From: a virus
IMG/VR virus record: IMGVR_UViG_3300045988_159790
Reading direction: 5' to 3' (one strand)
DNA: 64,000 nucleotides
The notes under the pieces were generated by a model that did no database searches, was not told where the DNA came from, and saw only the letters and a list, made by a program, of their open reading frames with translations. A program made the position numbers and the translations under genes. Shown piece by piece: positions 1-6,583 of the stretch (position 1 is its first letter; the number at the start of each line of letters is the position of its first letter).

Positions 1-45
1 CGAACATGCGCCGAAACAAATAATTACCAAAACAATTGTAACAAT
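1..45 (-). CDS. 5' end of leftward gene running off window; hydrophobic N-terminus (MIVTIVLVIICFGAC...)
   Basis: ATG at 45 (minus) with AAAGGGG RBS just upstream; frame open to window edge; minus-strand promoters at 121-149 and ~99-116 upstream. Confidence 0.3.
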   Translation of the reverse strand, partial: MVTIVLVIICFGACS

Positions 46-120
46 CATAAAACTCAACCCCTTTCTATATTTATATGATAACATATTTTTTTATAATTGT
101 CAACTCCTTTCTACATTGTT

Positions 121-149
121 ATTATAACATTTTGTAACTTATTTGTCAA
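121..149 (-). promoter_or_regulatory. minus-strand promoter TTGACA-17-TATAAT (proximal, cassette 1)
   Basis: rc hexamers attata 121-126 and tgtcaa 144-149. Confidence 0.6.
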
Positions 150-164
150 GAACTTTCTGAAAAA

Positions 165-192
165 CTTTGTTTTCAATCTCATTTGTTATCTG
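165..192 (-). promoter_or_regulatory. conserved leader motif CAGATAACAAATGAGATTGAAAACAAAG (minus sense), copy 1
   Basis: Near-identical 27-nt block present once in each cassette between the distal and proximal minus promoters. Confidence 0.5.
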
Positions 193-217
193 CTTTTCTC
201 TGTTCCTTACATTGAAT

Positions 218-246
218 AGTATAATACTTTGAGGCAGATATTGCAA
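218..246 (-). promoter_or_regulatory. minus-strand promoter TTGCAA-17-TATACT (distal, cassette 1)
   Basis: Read from rc. Confidence 0.5.
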
Positions 247-255
247 TAGACAATA

Positions 256-295
256 TGCACAAAGTTATGGGAAAATATTTGTGCAGTTTTATGTG
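256..295. promoter_or_regulatory. operator-like inverted repeat TGCACAAAG-N-TTTGTGCA
   Basis: 8-9 bp arms with ~15-bp spacer containing TTATGGGAAAAT; located 10-50 bp upstream of plus promoter. Confidence 0.4.
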
Positions 296-305
296 CGGAT
301 TTCGC

Positions 306-334
306 TTGACAAAATATCAAAAGTATGGTATAAT
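306..334 (+). promoter_or_regulatory. consensus sigma70-type promoter TTGACA-17-TATAAT (cassette copy 1, convergent to flanking genes)
   Basis: Exact hexamers and 17-bp spacer read from sequence. Confidence 0.7.
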
Positions 335-342
335 GGTAAATA

Positions 343-369
343 CCGGCGAAGCCGGACGCCTTCCAGGCG
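343..369 (+). ncRNA. promoter-proximal twin hairpins A (CCGGC-GAA-GCCGG) and B (CGCCT-TCC-AGGCG), copy 1
   Basis: Begins ~9 nt after -10; stems co-vary between copies. Confidence 0.35.
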
Positions 370-394
370 ATGATTTTCTGACGAAAATTTTAGT

Positions 395-426
395 CATAAC
401 TAAAAAGGTAGGCATTTCTGCCTACC
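395..426 (-). terminator. rho-independent terminator of 439..888 (GGGTAGGCAGAAATGCCTACC + TTTTT on minus)
   Basis: Hairpin plus T-run on minus strand. Confidence 0.7.
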
Positions 427-438
427 CGCAACTGACTA

Positions 439-888
439 TTATATTAAATCTTTAAGTCTTTCAATAATGTCCTGTCTCGCGTCTATCGTGCAACCCTGCG
501 ACCAACCGCGTCTTACCTTTTCATTATCATCAACTAATATCTGAAATCCGCCTAAATGTCTAGTACAATTGGCTTTCGTTGTGCCATACTTGACAAGATG
601 TACTTCATCATAAGGGAAACCTATCTGCTCAAGCCATGCTCTCTTAGCACTGCGAACAGCCGCGTCATATTTTTTATTGCTTTCCTTGCTTAACCAACTT
701 ACAATAACAATCTTCCAACCATTAATCTTGAGTGTATTAATCAAATCGTTTAACATTGTAGGCTCATAAACTGGCTGTGCTATCTCATAAGGGCGAGTGC
801 TACAATTCTTTAAATCTTCAAGCCAACCCTCAACTCCATAGAAATCTGCTATTGTTCCGTCCATATCAAAAACTAAAATTTTATTCAT
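439..888 (-). CDS. HAD-superfamily phosphatase (5'-nucleotidase-like)
   Basis: N-terminal FDMDGTIADF (DxDGT motif I), VIVSW (motif II), LVDDN (motif IV); RBS AGAGGT; intrinsic terminator 395-426 just downstream. Confidence 0.75.
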   Translation of the reverse strand: MNKILVFDMDGTIADFYGVEGWLEDLKNCSTRPYEIAQPVYEPTMLNDLINTLKINGWKIVIVSWLSKESNKKYDAAVRSAKRAWLEQIGFPYDEVHLVKYGTTKANCTRHLGGFQILVDDNEKVRRGWSQGCTIDARQDIIERLKDLI

Positions 889-944
889 ATTATATACCTC
901 TTTTCTTTTTTAGATTGTCGGGGCTTTTCAGCCCCAACTTATTA

Positions 945-1916
945 TTAGCAATATCCCTCAAGCATTAACATTAAGCCCTCAATCTTACTTACATAAGAAT
1001 TATGCGTTGTCTGCTGGCTAAGATAGTTGTTAAATGCTTCAATAACTACTGGAATGGCTTTCGGTCTCTTGTTAATAGCATAATCGTAAGTTGTACCCAG
1101 TTCTCTGAAAGGAAAAGCCTTGAGTATTGGTTCAATCTTGCCTTTCTTTAATGCCTTTGTGAGAATATCAGCTTCTATCTCACTATCACTTAATGCGGTA
1201 TGGTCCTCAGTAAAATCGTATCTCTTATTAAGATACTGGAAGCTAGTTTCTGCTGAAGATTTAAAGAACTCTCCGCTGTTAGTGATTAAGCTATTGTCAA
1301 GACAGAAGTTTCTGTACTTATCAATATTTATTAATCTCTCACAAGCTACTGCCCATAAGTCCACGATAGGAAACTCAAAATCTCTTAACTTAAATACTGG
1401 TTTAAGATACTCTGGATTACTCTCTCTATCATCTTTATATCCCCTAACAATCTTCTCACAACTCATTCTCTGCTTATCTTCCCAGTACTGATAGCCTGGT
1501 GCGTAAAGGTGTGCGATGTACTGTTCTGTAAAAGGAATTGCTTTCTTGTAATCAAATGCGGCATTGTATGCACATGTGCAAGTACACATTTCCAAATCTT
1601 CAAGCAATTCTGCAACCATATCATTCCAGTTGCGAACACCTATCTTACCCTCTGCGAGAAGCTGTTCATAAATAGGGCGCTTATTGCGGTAATAGGCTGT
1701 ATTAAAGATAGCCGGTACAAAGAAAGTTTCCTGAATAAGATAATTAACTCTCTTTACTCTATTGCCCAATCTGTCTGTTATTACCCAGCCTATATCATAA
1801 ACAAGTGGCTTGGCAATAGCAATCTTCTGTTTCTGTTTCGGATTCTTTGCAATCTCATTTGCAAAAGGTAGTGTAGCAGTCTCCGTGTCCAATGTTAAAT
1901 AATACTTCTTTTTCAT
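945..1916 (-). CDS. DEDDh 3'-5' exonuclease (DnaQ-like)
   Basis: Exo I LTLDTETAT, Exo II YNAAFD, Exo III HTALSDSEIEAD motifs; RBS GAGGT; co-transcribed with 439..888 (no promoter in 889-944). Confidence 0.85.
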   Translation of the reverse strand: MKKKYYLTLDTETATLPFANEIAKNPKQKQKIAIAKPLVYDIGWVITDRLGNRVKRVNYLIQETFFVPAIFNTAYYRNKRPIYEQLLAEGKIGVRNWNDMVAELLEDLEMCTCTCAYNAAFDYKKAIPFTEQYIAHLYAPGYQYWEDKQRMSCEKIVRGYKDDRESNPEYLKPVFKLRDFEFPIVDLWAVACERLINIDKYRNFCLDNSLITNSGEFFKSSAETSFQYLNKRYDFTEDHTALSDSEIEADILTKALKKGKIEPILKAFPFRELGTTYDYAINKRPKAIPVVIEAFNNYLSQQTTHNSYVSKIEGLMLMLEGYC

Positions 1917-1955
1917 TTCTAAATGATACCTCTTTTCTTTGATTTCTATGTGTTT

Positions 1956-1985
1956 ATTATAACACCCTTTTTATTATTTTGTCAA
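1956..1985 (-). promoter_or_regulatory. minus-strand promoter TTGACA-18-TATAAT (proximal, cassette 2; drives exonuclease-HAD operon)
   Basis: Read from rc. Confidence 0.6.
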
Positions 1986-2001
1986 GTGGTTTTTTAAAAA
2001 A

Positions 2002-2028
2002 CTTGTTTTCAATCTCGGTTGTTATCTG
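2002..2028 (-). promoter_or_regulatory. conserved leader motif copy 2
   Basis: cttgttttcaatctcggttgttatctg. Confidence 0.5.
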
Positions 2029-2057
2029 TTTTTCTCTGTTCCCCTTGAACAATTATA

Positions 2058-2086
2058 ATTATAGACCTACTACAAGAGAATGTCAA
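2058..2086 (-). promoter_or_regulatory. minus-strand promoter TTGACA-17-TATAAT (distal, cassette 2)
   Basis: Read from rc. Confidence 0.6.
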
Positions 2087-2132
2087 GCATTTTTTAGGAA
2101 AAAATTGTTTTTATTTTAGTACATAAAATCGC

Positions 2133-2161
2133 TTGACAAATTACCGAAAGTATGCTACAAT
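2133..2161 (+). promoter_or_regulatory. promoter TTGACA-17-TACAAT (cassette copy 2)
   Basis: Read from sequence. Confidence 0.65.
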
Positions 2162-2169
2162 GCAAAATT

Positions 2170-2196
2170 CCGGCAAAGCCGGTCGCGCAGAGCGCG
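2170..2196 (+). ncRNA. twin hairpins A (CCGGC-AAA-GCCGG) and B (CGCGC-AGA-GCGCG), copy 2
   Basis: Same position relative to promoter; compensatory stem changes. Confidence 0.35.
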
Positions 2197-2205
2197 GTGA
2201 AAATG

Positions 2206-2232
2206 TAAAGAAAAAGTGCGGATTTCCGCACT
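2206..2232 (-). terminator. rho-independent terminator of 2231..2575
   Basis: AGTGCGGAAATCCGCACT + TTTTTC on minus. Confidence 0.7.
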
Positions 2233-2575
2233 AATTCTGATACAAATTTTTTACTTCTATTACATTTCCGCAACTATCACATTTATAATAATAATAGTTA
2301 GTACCTCCTACACCTCTTCCGCGACTGGAAGCACTAACAAATTCATAATGTCCATTTTCGCATTCTGTACAAATTCCATTATTCCATGTTTTTATATCGC
2401 TATCTGCCTCTTGTATAAGACCAAAAGAGAATAAACCCGCAATTATACTTGTAGTTATAATAAATACTAATATTTTTAACCATTTCTTTTTAGTATTCAT
2501 ATTACTAATTATTATTATACCGAAGAATGAACAAATAAGAAACATTAAACAAAACATAACGATATTTCTAAACAT
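2231..2575 (-). CDS. hypothetical membrane protein, two TM helices plus C-terminal CxxC...CxxC zinc ribbon
   Basis: 114 aa ORF, RBS AAAGGGG, hydrophobic segments, CTEC...CDSC; terminator hairpin at 2206-2232. Confidence 0.5.
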   Translation of the reverse strand: MFRNIVMFCLMFLICSFFGIIIISNMNTKKKWLKILVFIITTSIIAGLFSFGLIQEADSDIKTWNNGICTECENGHYEFVSASSRGRGVGGTNYYYYKCDSCGNVIEVKNLYQN

Positions 2576-2613
2576 ATTTTACCCCTTTCTTGGGGCTGTA
2601 TAGCCCCAATCCT

Positions 2614-3084
2614 TTATAATGTTTTACACTCTGCGACGAAATACTTCGCATGATATTTTTCTACAATAGCCTTTACAACAGTGCTTTGCTTTTGTGTCTC
2701 ACAATAGACATTGAATAACATATACTTCTCAATATCTATGTAGCTATATGGAATCCTTAAAGTGTCTAAAGTTTCCATTAACTCTTTAGCATAATGTGGC
2801 TTCACTGTCATTTCCACTTTCCATAGTTTATCTCTTGTACTCTTTTCTTCAATCAGCTTTACAATGTAAACTCCGATAAGATTACACATAGCTATTATGA
2901 AAGCCTTTAAGAGAAGCGGAAGGTCGCACATCATGTATATTACTACAATAGTATACAAACCATAGGCTAATGCGTTGATTGCGGCGGCAGCTCCTTTTCC
3001 ACACTTGACAGTTACTAAAGATTTTGCTGTCTGAATAATAACATTTACAATGTTAAGAATAATAAATAAAACTAATAAATTCAT
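2614..3084 (-). CDS. hypothetical membrane protein (N-terminal TM helices, soluble C-terminal domain)
   Basis: 156 aa ORF with GAGGT RBS; hydrophobic N-terminal half. Confidence 0.5.
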   Translation of the reverse strand: MNLLVLFIILNIVNVIIQTAKSLVTVKCGKGAAAAINALAYGLYTIVVIYMMCDLPLLLKAFIIAMCNLIGVYIVKLIEEKSTRDKLWKVEMTVKPHYAKELMETLDTLRIPYSYIDIEKYMLFNVYCETQKQSTVVKAIVEKYHAKYFVAECKTL

Positions 3085-3101
3085 AATTAATACCTCTTTT
3101 C

Positions 3102-3323
3102 TTAATATTCTTTTACTTCTCTTACTAAATCAACTGGTTCAGGTGGTACATCTGCTTCTGTAAGGTCTAACCAACAATGTCGCTCAAGCCATCTCAAAAG
3201 AACTAACTGTTCTCCTGTTATGTGTAAATATGTTGGCAGATTATCTTCATCATCATAATTGCCCTCAAGGTCTAATTTCTTAATACTTACATCATATTCA
3301 TCTTTCATAATTGAATACCTCAT
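3102..3323 (-). CDS. hypothetical small acidic protein (probable true start at internal ATG 3308, MKDEYD...)
   Basis: ORF; GAGGT RBS sits 8 nt upstream of the internal ATG. Confidence 0.45.
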   Translation of the reverse strand: MRYSIMKDEYDVSIKKLDLEGNYDDEDNLPTYLHITGEQLVLLRWLERHCWLDLTEADVPPEPVDLVREVKEY

Positions 3324-3350
3324 TTCTATTCTATGTTTTTGTCAAGGATA

Positions 3351-3377
3351 CTTGTTTTCAATCTTATTTGTTATCTG
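3351..3377 (-). promoter_or_regulatory. conserved leader motif copy 3
   Basis: cttgttttcaatcttatttgttatctg. Confidence 0.5.
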
Positions 3378-3395
3378 TTCCCTTGAACAATTATA

Positions 3396-3423
3396 ATTAT
3401 AACAGATTATAAGCAAATGTCAA
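3396..3423 (-). promoter_or_regulatory. minus-strand promoter TTGACA-16-TATAAT (distal, cassette 3)
   Basis: Read from rc. Confidence 0.55.
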
Positions 3424-3467
3424 GCAGTTTTGGGAAAATAAAAAAATTTTTTATTTTGATTTTTCTC

Positions 3468-3496
3468 TTGACAAAAATGCCAAAATGTGATATAAT
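3468..3496 (+). promoter_or_regulatory. promoter TTGACA-17-TATAAT (cassette copy 3)
   Basis: Read from sequence. Confidence 0.7.
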
Positions 3497-3505
3497 ATCA
3501 AAATA

Positions 3506-3541
3506 CCGGCGAAGCCGGACGCCCACAGGGCGGTCTTTTTT
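3506..3541 (+). ncRNA. twin hairpins A and B (CGCCC-ACA-GGGCG) followed by T-run GTCTTTTTT; a ~40-nt promoter-to-terminator unit, copy 3
   Basis: Hairpin B plus T7 forms an intrinsic terminator on plus strand. Confidence 0.4.
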
Positions 3542-3545
3542 GAGC

Positions 3546-3582
3546 ATAAAAAGCTGATGACTATTAGTTTAGTCATCAGCTT
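3546..3582 (-). terminator. rho-independent terminator of 3587..3952
   Basis: AAGCTGATGACTAAACTAATAGTCATCAGCTT + TTTT on minus. Confidence 0.7.
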
Positions 3583-3586
3583 ACAG

Positions 3587-3952
3587 CTACTTTTTCTTTC
3601 TATGCTTTATCAGCGACAGTGAGTATTCATTCTCGCCGATGTTAAAGGTCAACTCTTTCTGCGGATTGGCTATCTGAACATTACTAATCTTGCCATTAAG
3701 TACCATTCCTCCAAGTAGAGTTTTTAAACACCCGATAAAATCAACCTTTTCATCATCGAGTTTTACTTCTCGTGGCTTCCGCGGTTTCTTTTCAGCTTCC
3801 GCACCCTTAACATAGTTTTTTATTCCCTTAGCTTTGATTTCCATTTCCGCCATTTCCATAGCTTCTTCTTTTGTGACTGGTTCTCCGTCTGCTTCACATT
3901 CCTTGAAAATCTTTAAAGCTAACTTCTCTAAGGCTTCTTTTTTACTATCCAT
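3587..3952 (-). CDS. hypothetical protein
   Basis: 121 aa ORF, RBS AGAGGT, rho-independent terminator 3546-3582 immediately downstream. Confidence 0.55.
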   Translation of the reverse strand: MDSKKEALEKLALKIFKECEADGEPVTKEEAMEMAEMEIKAKGIKNYVKGAEAEKKPRKPREVKLDDEKVDFIGCLKTLLGGMVLNGKISNVQIANPQKELTFNIGENEYSLSLIKHRKKK

Positions 3953-3974
3953 GCCCTATACCTCTTTCTTTTAA

Positions 3975-3999
3975 ATTGGGCGGTGTATTTCAACCGCCC
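3975..3999 (-). terminator. GC-rich hairpin after 4009..4386 (weak T-run)
   Basis: GGGCGGTTGAAATACACCGCCC. Confidence 0.35.
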
Positions 4000-4008
4000 G
4001 TCCGCAGA

Positions 4009-4386
4009 TTAGACAAGTGAGAAGATTGCCTTGTCCTTTTCCTCTTCTCTCTTTGCTGTGCCATTGGCAACCATAATCTTGAGAAGTGCAACTACTTTCT
4101 GATTAGAAAGCGCCTGAACCGCTTCATCAGCAGGGAAGTCTTTCATAGCCTTGAGCATAATCTGAGTAGAAGTACCCTTGAAACCGTCAAGGACAACCTT
4201 GAGCTTCTCAACCAGTGCTTCATTAGCCTTAGCTTTCTTATCAGAACCAGCCTTAGCCTTAGCTTTCTTCTTCTCAAGGAGTTCCTTTTCGTGCATAAGA
4301 TAAGTCTTATACATCTCATTGTCCTGTACGAACTCTTCTCCAAGCATAGCCTCGATAACCTGTAACTTTGTAATCTTCTTTTCCAT
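4009..4386 (-). CDS. hypothetical protein (K/E-rich, helical)
   Basis: 125 aa ORF, RBS GAGGT; hairpin 3978-3999 downstream. Confidence 0.5.
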   Translation of the reverse strand: MEKKITKLQVIEAMLGEEFVQDNEMYKTYLMHEKELLEKKKAKAKAGSDKKAKANEALVEKLKVVLDGFKGTSTQIMLKAMKDFPADEAVQALSNQKVVALLKIMVANGTAKREEEKDKAIFSLV

Positions 4387-4498
4387 AATGCAATACCTCG
4401 CTTTTATATAATATTTGAAGCTGATTTTTATTTTTTAATGTGGTCGATTGATGGCTCCCTTTCCTTTCCACATATATATGATAGCACATTTTATTGCG

Positions 4499-4789
4499 CT
4501 AGTCAAGCATAAATAATGTCATTCCGGCTATTTCCTTTTCTACCACTTCTAAAGTATCTAAATGAATAGTGGCTCTGACTATCTTCCAACAGCCAGTTTC
4601 AAACTTGTTGTGTTCATGGCGGCGTGGTAGTCTCTCTGCGGCATGGACTGCACTCTGACAATCTTCAAATACACCATCTATAACATAAGCAACTTGCGTT
4701 CCCATGCAATCTAAGTATCTCATTACTTTTAAGACATACTTAGTCTCTGTTTTTCTTGGTACATGCTTAGTCTCTGTTCCCATAACCAT
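4499..4789 (-). CDS. hypothetical protein
   Basis: 96 aa ORF directly downstream of minus-strand TTGACA-17-TATAAT promoter 4810-4838; RBS GGAAG. Confidence 0.5.
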   Translation of the reverse strand: MVMGTETKHVPRKTETKYVLKVMRYLDCMGTQVAYVIDGVFEDCQSAVHAAERLPRRHEHNKFETGCWKIVRATIHLDTLEVVEKEIAGMTLFMLD

Positions 4790-4809
4790 TACTTCCTTTC
4801 TATACCCTT

Positions 4810-4838
4810 ATTATATCACTTAGGTATCTATTTGTCAA
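4810..4838 (-). promoter_or_regulatory. minus-strand promoter TTGACA-17-TATAAT (proximal, cassette 4)
   Basis: Read from rc. Confidence 0.6.
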
Positions 4839-4860
4839 GCACTTCTTTTTTTTTGTTCGG

Positions 4861-4888
4861 GTTGTTTAGCAATCTCATTTGTTATCTC
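4861..4888 (-). promoter_or_regulatory. conserved leader motif copy 4 (more diverged)
   Basis: gttgtttagcaatctcatttgttatctc. Confidence 0.4.
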
Positions 4889-4901
4889 CCTTACAAGTAT
4901 C

Positions 4902-4929
4902 ATTATAGCAGATTGCCCCAAAATTGCAA
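4902..4929 (-). promoter_or_regulatory. minus-strand promoter TTGCAA-16-TATAAT (distal, cassette 4)
   Basis: Read from rc. Confidence 0.5.
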
Positions 4930-4939
4930 TAGTCAAAAC

Positions 4940-4969
4940 TGCACAAGATTTTGGGATAATGTTTGTGCA
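4940..4969. promoter_or_regulatory. operator-like inverted repeat TGCACAAG-N-TTTGTGCA
   Basis: Same architecture in cassette 4. Confidence 0.4.
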
Positions 4970-4988
4970 ATATGTCAACTTTTTTCCC

Positions 4989-5017
4989 TTGACAAAAATC
5001 CTAAAAGGTGGTATAAT
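4989..5017 (+). promoter_or_regulatory. promoter TTGACA-17-TATAAT (cassette copy 4)
   Basis: Read from sequence. Confidence 0.7.
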
Positions 5018-5026
5018 AGGCAAATT

Positions 5027-5050
5027 CCGGCGGGGCCGGACGTGCTCCGC
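5027..5050 (+). ncRNA. hairpin A (CCGGC-GGG-GCCGG) and degenerate hairpin B, copy 4
   Basis: Same spacing from -10. Confidence 0.3.
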
Positions 5051-5059
5051 CCGGTGCGA

Positions 5060-5200
5060 TTATTCTAACTTAAATTAGTTTGAACTAACAAGTGTTTTAT
5101 AAGTCTAACTTAAGTTAGCTTAATCTAACTACAGTTAGTTTGAATTAACAAGGATTAGCTTAATCTAACTAGAGTTAGTTTGAATTAACAACTGTTAAAA
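5060..5200. repeat. tandem ~40-bp iterons (2 near-identical plus 2 degenerate) each carrying palindrome CTAACT-N2-3-AGTTAG followed by TTTGAATTAACAA
   Basis: agcttaatctaactacagttagtttgaattaacaagg at 5117 and 5157; degenerate copies at 5060 and 5098. Confidence 0.7.
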
Positions 5201-5299
5201 ATTGCTAACTTTACTTTTATAAAACGAACTTCAATTCGTCTTCTCTAACTTTAATTTTATACAGCTAATTACAGATATTTGTAGCTAATTAAAATTAGA

Positions 5300-5335
5300 G
5301 AACGCAAATCGAATTTTGGAGGGTTGCCGCTACTT
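5300..5335 (-). terminator. hairpin GGGTTGCC-N7-GGCAACCC overlapping stop of 5330..5614 (weak T-run)
   Basis: 8-bp stem. Confidence 0.35.
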
Positions 5336-5614
5336 GGCAACCCAAACCTTTAATATTATGTCGTCATATTTAGACGACTGGTCATTAATGTCAAATAACA
5401 TCTTGACATTTTGACCCTCCGCGATATCACAGCCATCATATTCCCAGATATCGCCTGCCCTATCAGCAATCCGCACAAATCCATTATCATTGCTGATTAC
5501 CTTACCCTCTCTTGTACAGTGACCCTCAAGGTATATCGCGCCTAAGAATAATATTCCTAAAACTAAACCCAGGGCTATTCTTTTAACTATTGCTTTACTA
5601 TTGTTTTTTCTCAT
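5330..5614 (-). CDS. hypothetical secreted/membrane-anchored protein
   Basis: 94 aa ORF, N-terminal basic stretch plus hydrophobic helix (signal/anchor-like), RBS GAGGT. Confidence 0.5.
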   Translation of the reverse strand: MRKNNSKAIVKRIALGLVLGILFLGAIYLEGHCTREGKVISNDNGFVRIADRAGDIWEYDGCDIAEGQNVKMLFDINDQSSKYDDIILKVWVAK

Positions 5615-5675
5615 TTTAAATACCTCATTTCATTTTTATTTTTATATGTGGGCTTGGCTTCCCAAGCCCTAATCA

Positions 5676-5984
5676 TTAACAATATATCAAACTCATGTCT
5701 GCCCACTTGAGAATAGATATCTGTGCGCATTGTCTACCAAGTGCCAAAGCGTCTCTTTTTGTAGACACTCTGTGGCTCTTGTCTACAAAATAAACGCCAT
5801 TCTCAAGCCAAAGTCCGCAATTACCACCGTATGCTCTAACGGCTTTAATTGCTTCCTCGGGAGTTGTAACCATTACTCCCTCGGTGGCTACTTGATAACC
5901 ACTCTTGTATGTGATTATCTTACCATTCTTGAGTGTTAAACCGCCACACTCCTCAATCTTTCTTATTGTCCTAATGTTTATCAT
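5676..5984 (-). CDS. hypothetical protein
   Basis: 102 aa ORF with RBS GTGAGGT. Confidence 0.5.
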   Translation of the reverse strand: MINIRTIRKIEECGGLTLKNGKIITYKSGYQVATEGVMVTTPEEAIKAVRAYGGNCGLWLENGVYFVDKSHRVSTKRDALALGRQCAQISILKWADMSLIYC

Positions 5985-6026
5985 ACTTATAATACCTCAC
6001 TTTCTTTTCTCTTGGATAGTCCCGGC

Positions 6027-6356
6027 TTAGTAGCCGAGACTTATTAACTTGTCTATGTAAGAGTTCAGAACTGCTACAAACTGCTTGTTTGTCATCTTTC
6101 TAAACCTCTCAAGTGTAAAGTCGATAGGCGGAAGTTCTACACCCTCAACCTTTATGATGTACACCTGCGGACACGCTTTAATTGCATTGACTGCATGGAA
6201 GATGTTCACATCTTCGTATATATAAGTTGTGTCCTCATAGTTTGCAAATCTCATTGAGAACTTCTCTTTTGTATACATATTTAATTTCTTCATAGTAACC
6301 TCTTTTCTGTCTCTCTCTTGAAAGACTATCAATTTTATTTTACGGTTTTCGTTCAC
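6027..6356 (-). CDS. hypothetical protein
   Basis: 109 aa ORF with RBS AGAGGT. Confidence 0.5.
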   Translation of the reverse strand: MNENRKIKLIVFQERDRKEVTMKKLNMYTKEKFSMRFANYEDTTYIYEDVNIFHAVNAIKACPQVYIIKVEGVELPPIDFTLERFRKMTNKQFVAVLNSYIDKLISLGY

Positions 6357-6583
6357 CGCACCATTATAATATCATACCCCGTTTTCAATGTCAACACTTT
6401 TTTCAAAAATTTTTAAAAATTTTTTTATGCCCTATTTTCAAGGCTTTTCACGCACCCAAACACATGCACCAGACGATGATGTGACTACTTTTTTAGTCAG
6501 CAATAGTGACGATGTGTTTACTTTTGTAGTCAAATAGTCATCAATTATGGGATATGATTAGTCTTGTAGTCACACTCAATGTC

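Noticed and set aside
255-455. Plus-strand ORF 255..455 (and similar 2216..2434, 4763..5068, 4835..5023)
   Set aside because: Overlap the conserved promoter/hairpin cassettes, lack RBS, and have non-protein-like composition; treated as non-coding regulatory DNA.
1120-1871. Antisense ORFs 1120..1491 and 1509..1871 inside the exonuclease gene (and similar internal ORFs 4143..4343, 5730..5939, 8646..8930, 26512..26700, 29494..29740, 31163..31648, 46346..46600, 51186..51428, 57015..57320 etc.)
   Set aside because: Embedded in or antisense to long, motif-supported genes; no RBS; I/L/F/S-rich composition characteristic of spurious frames in AT-rich DNA.
5060-5200. CRISPR array
   Set aside because: The tandem repeats are only 2-4 copies, 40-bp period, AT-rich and internally palindromic with almost no unique spacers; an iteron/operator array fits better.
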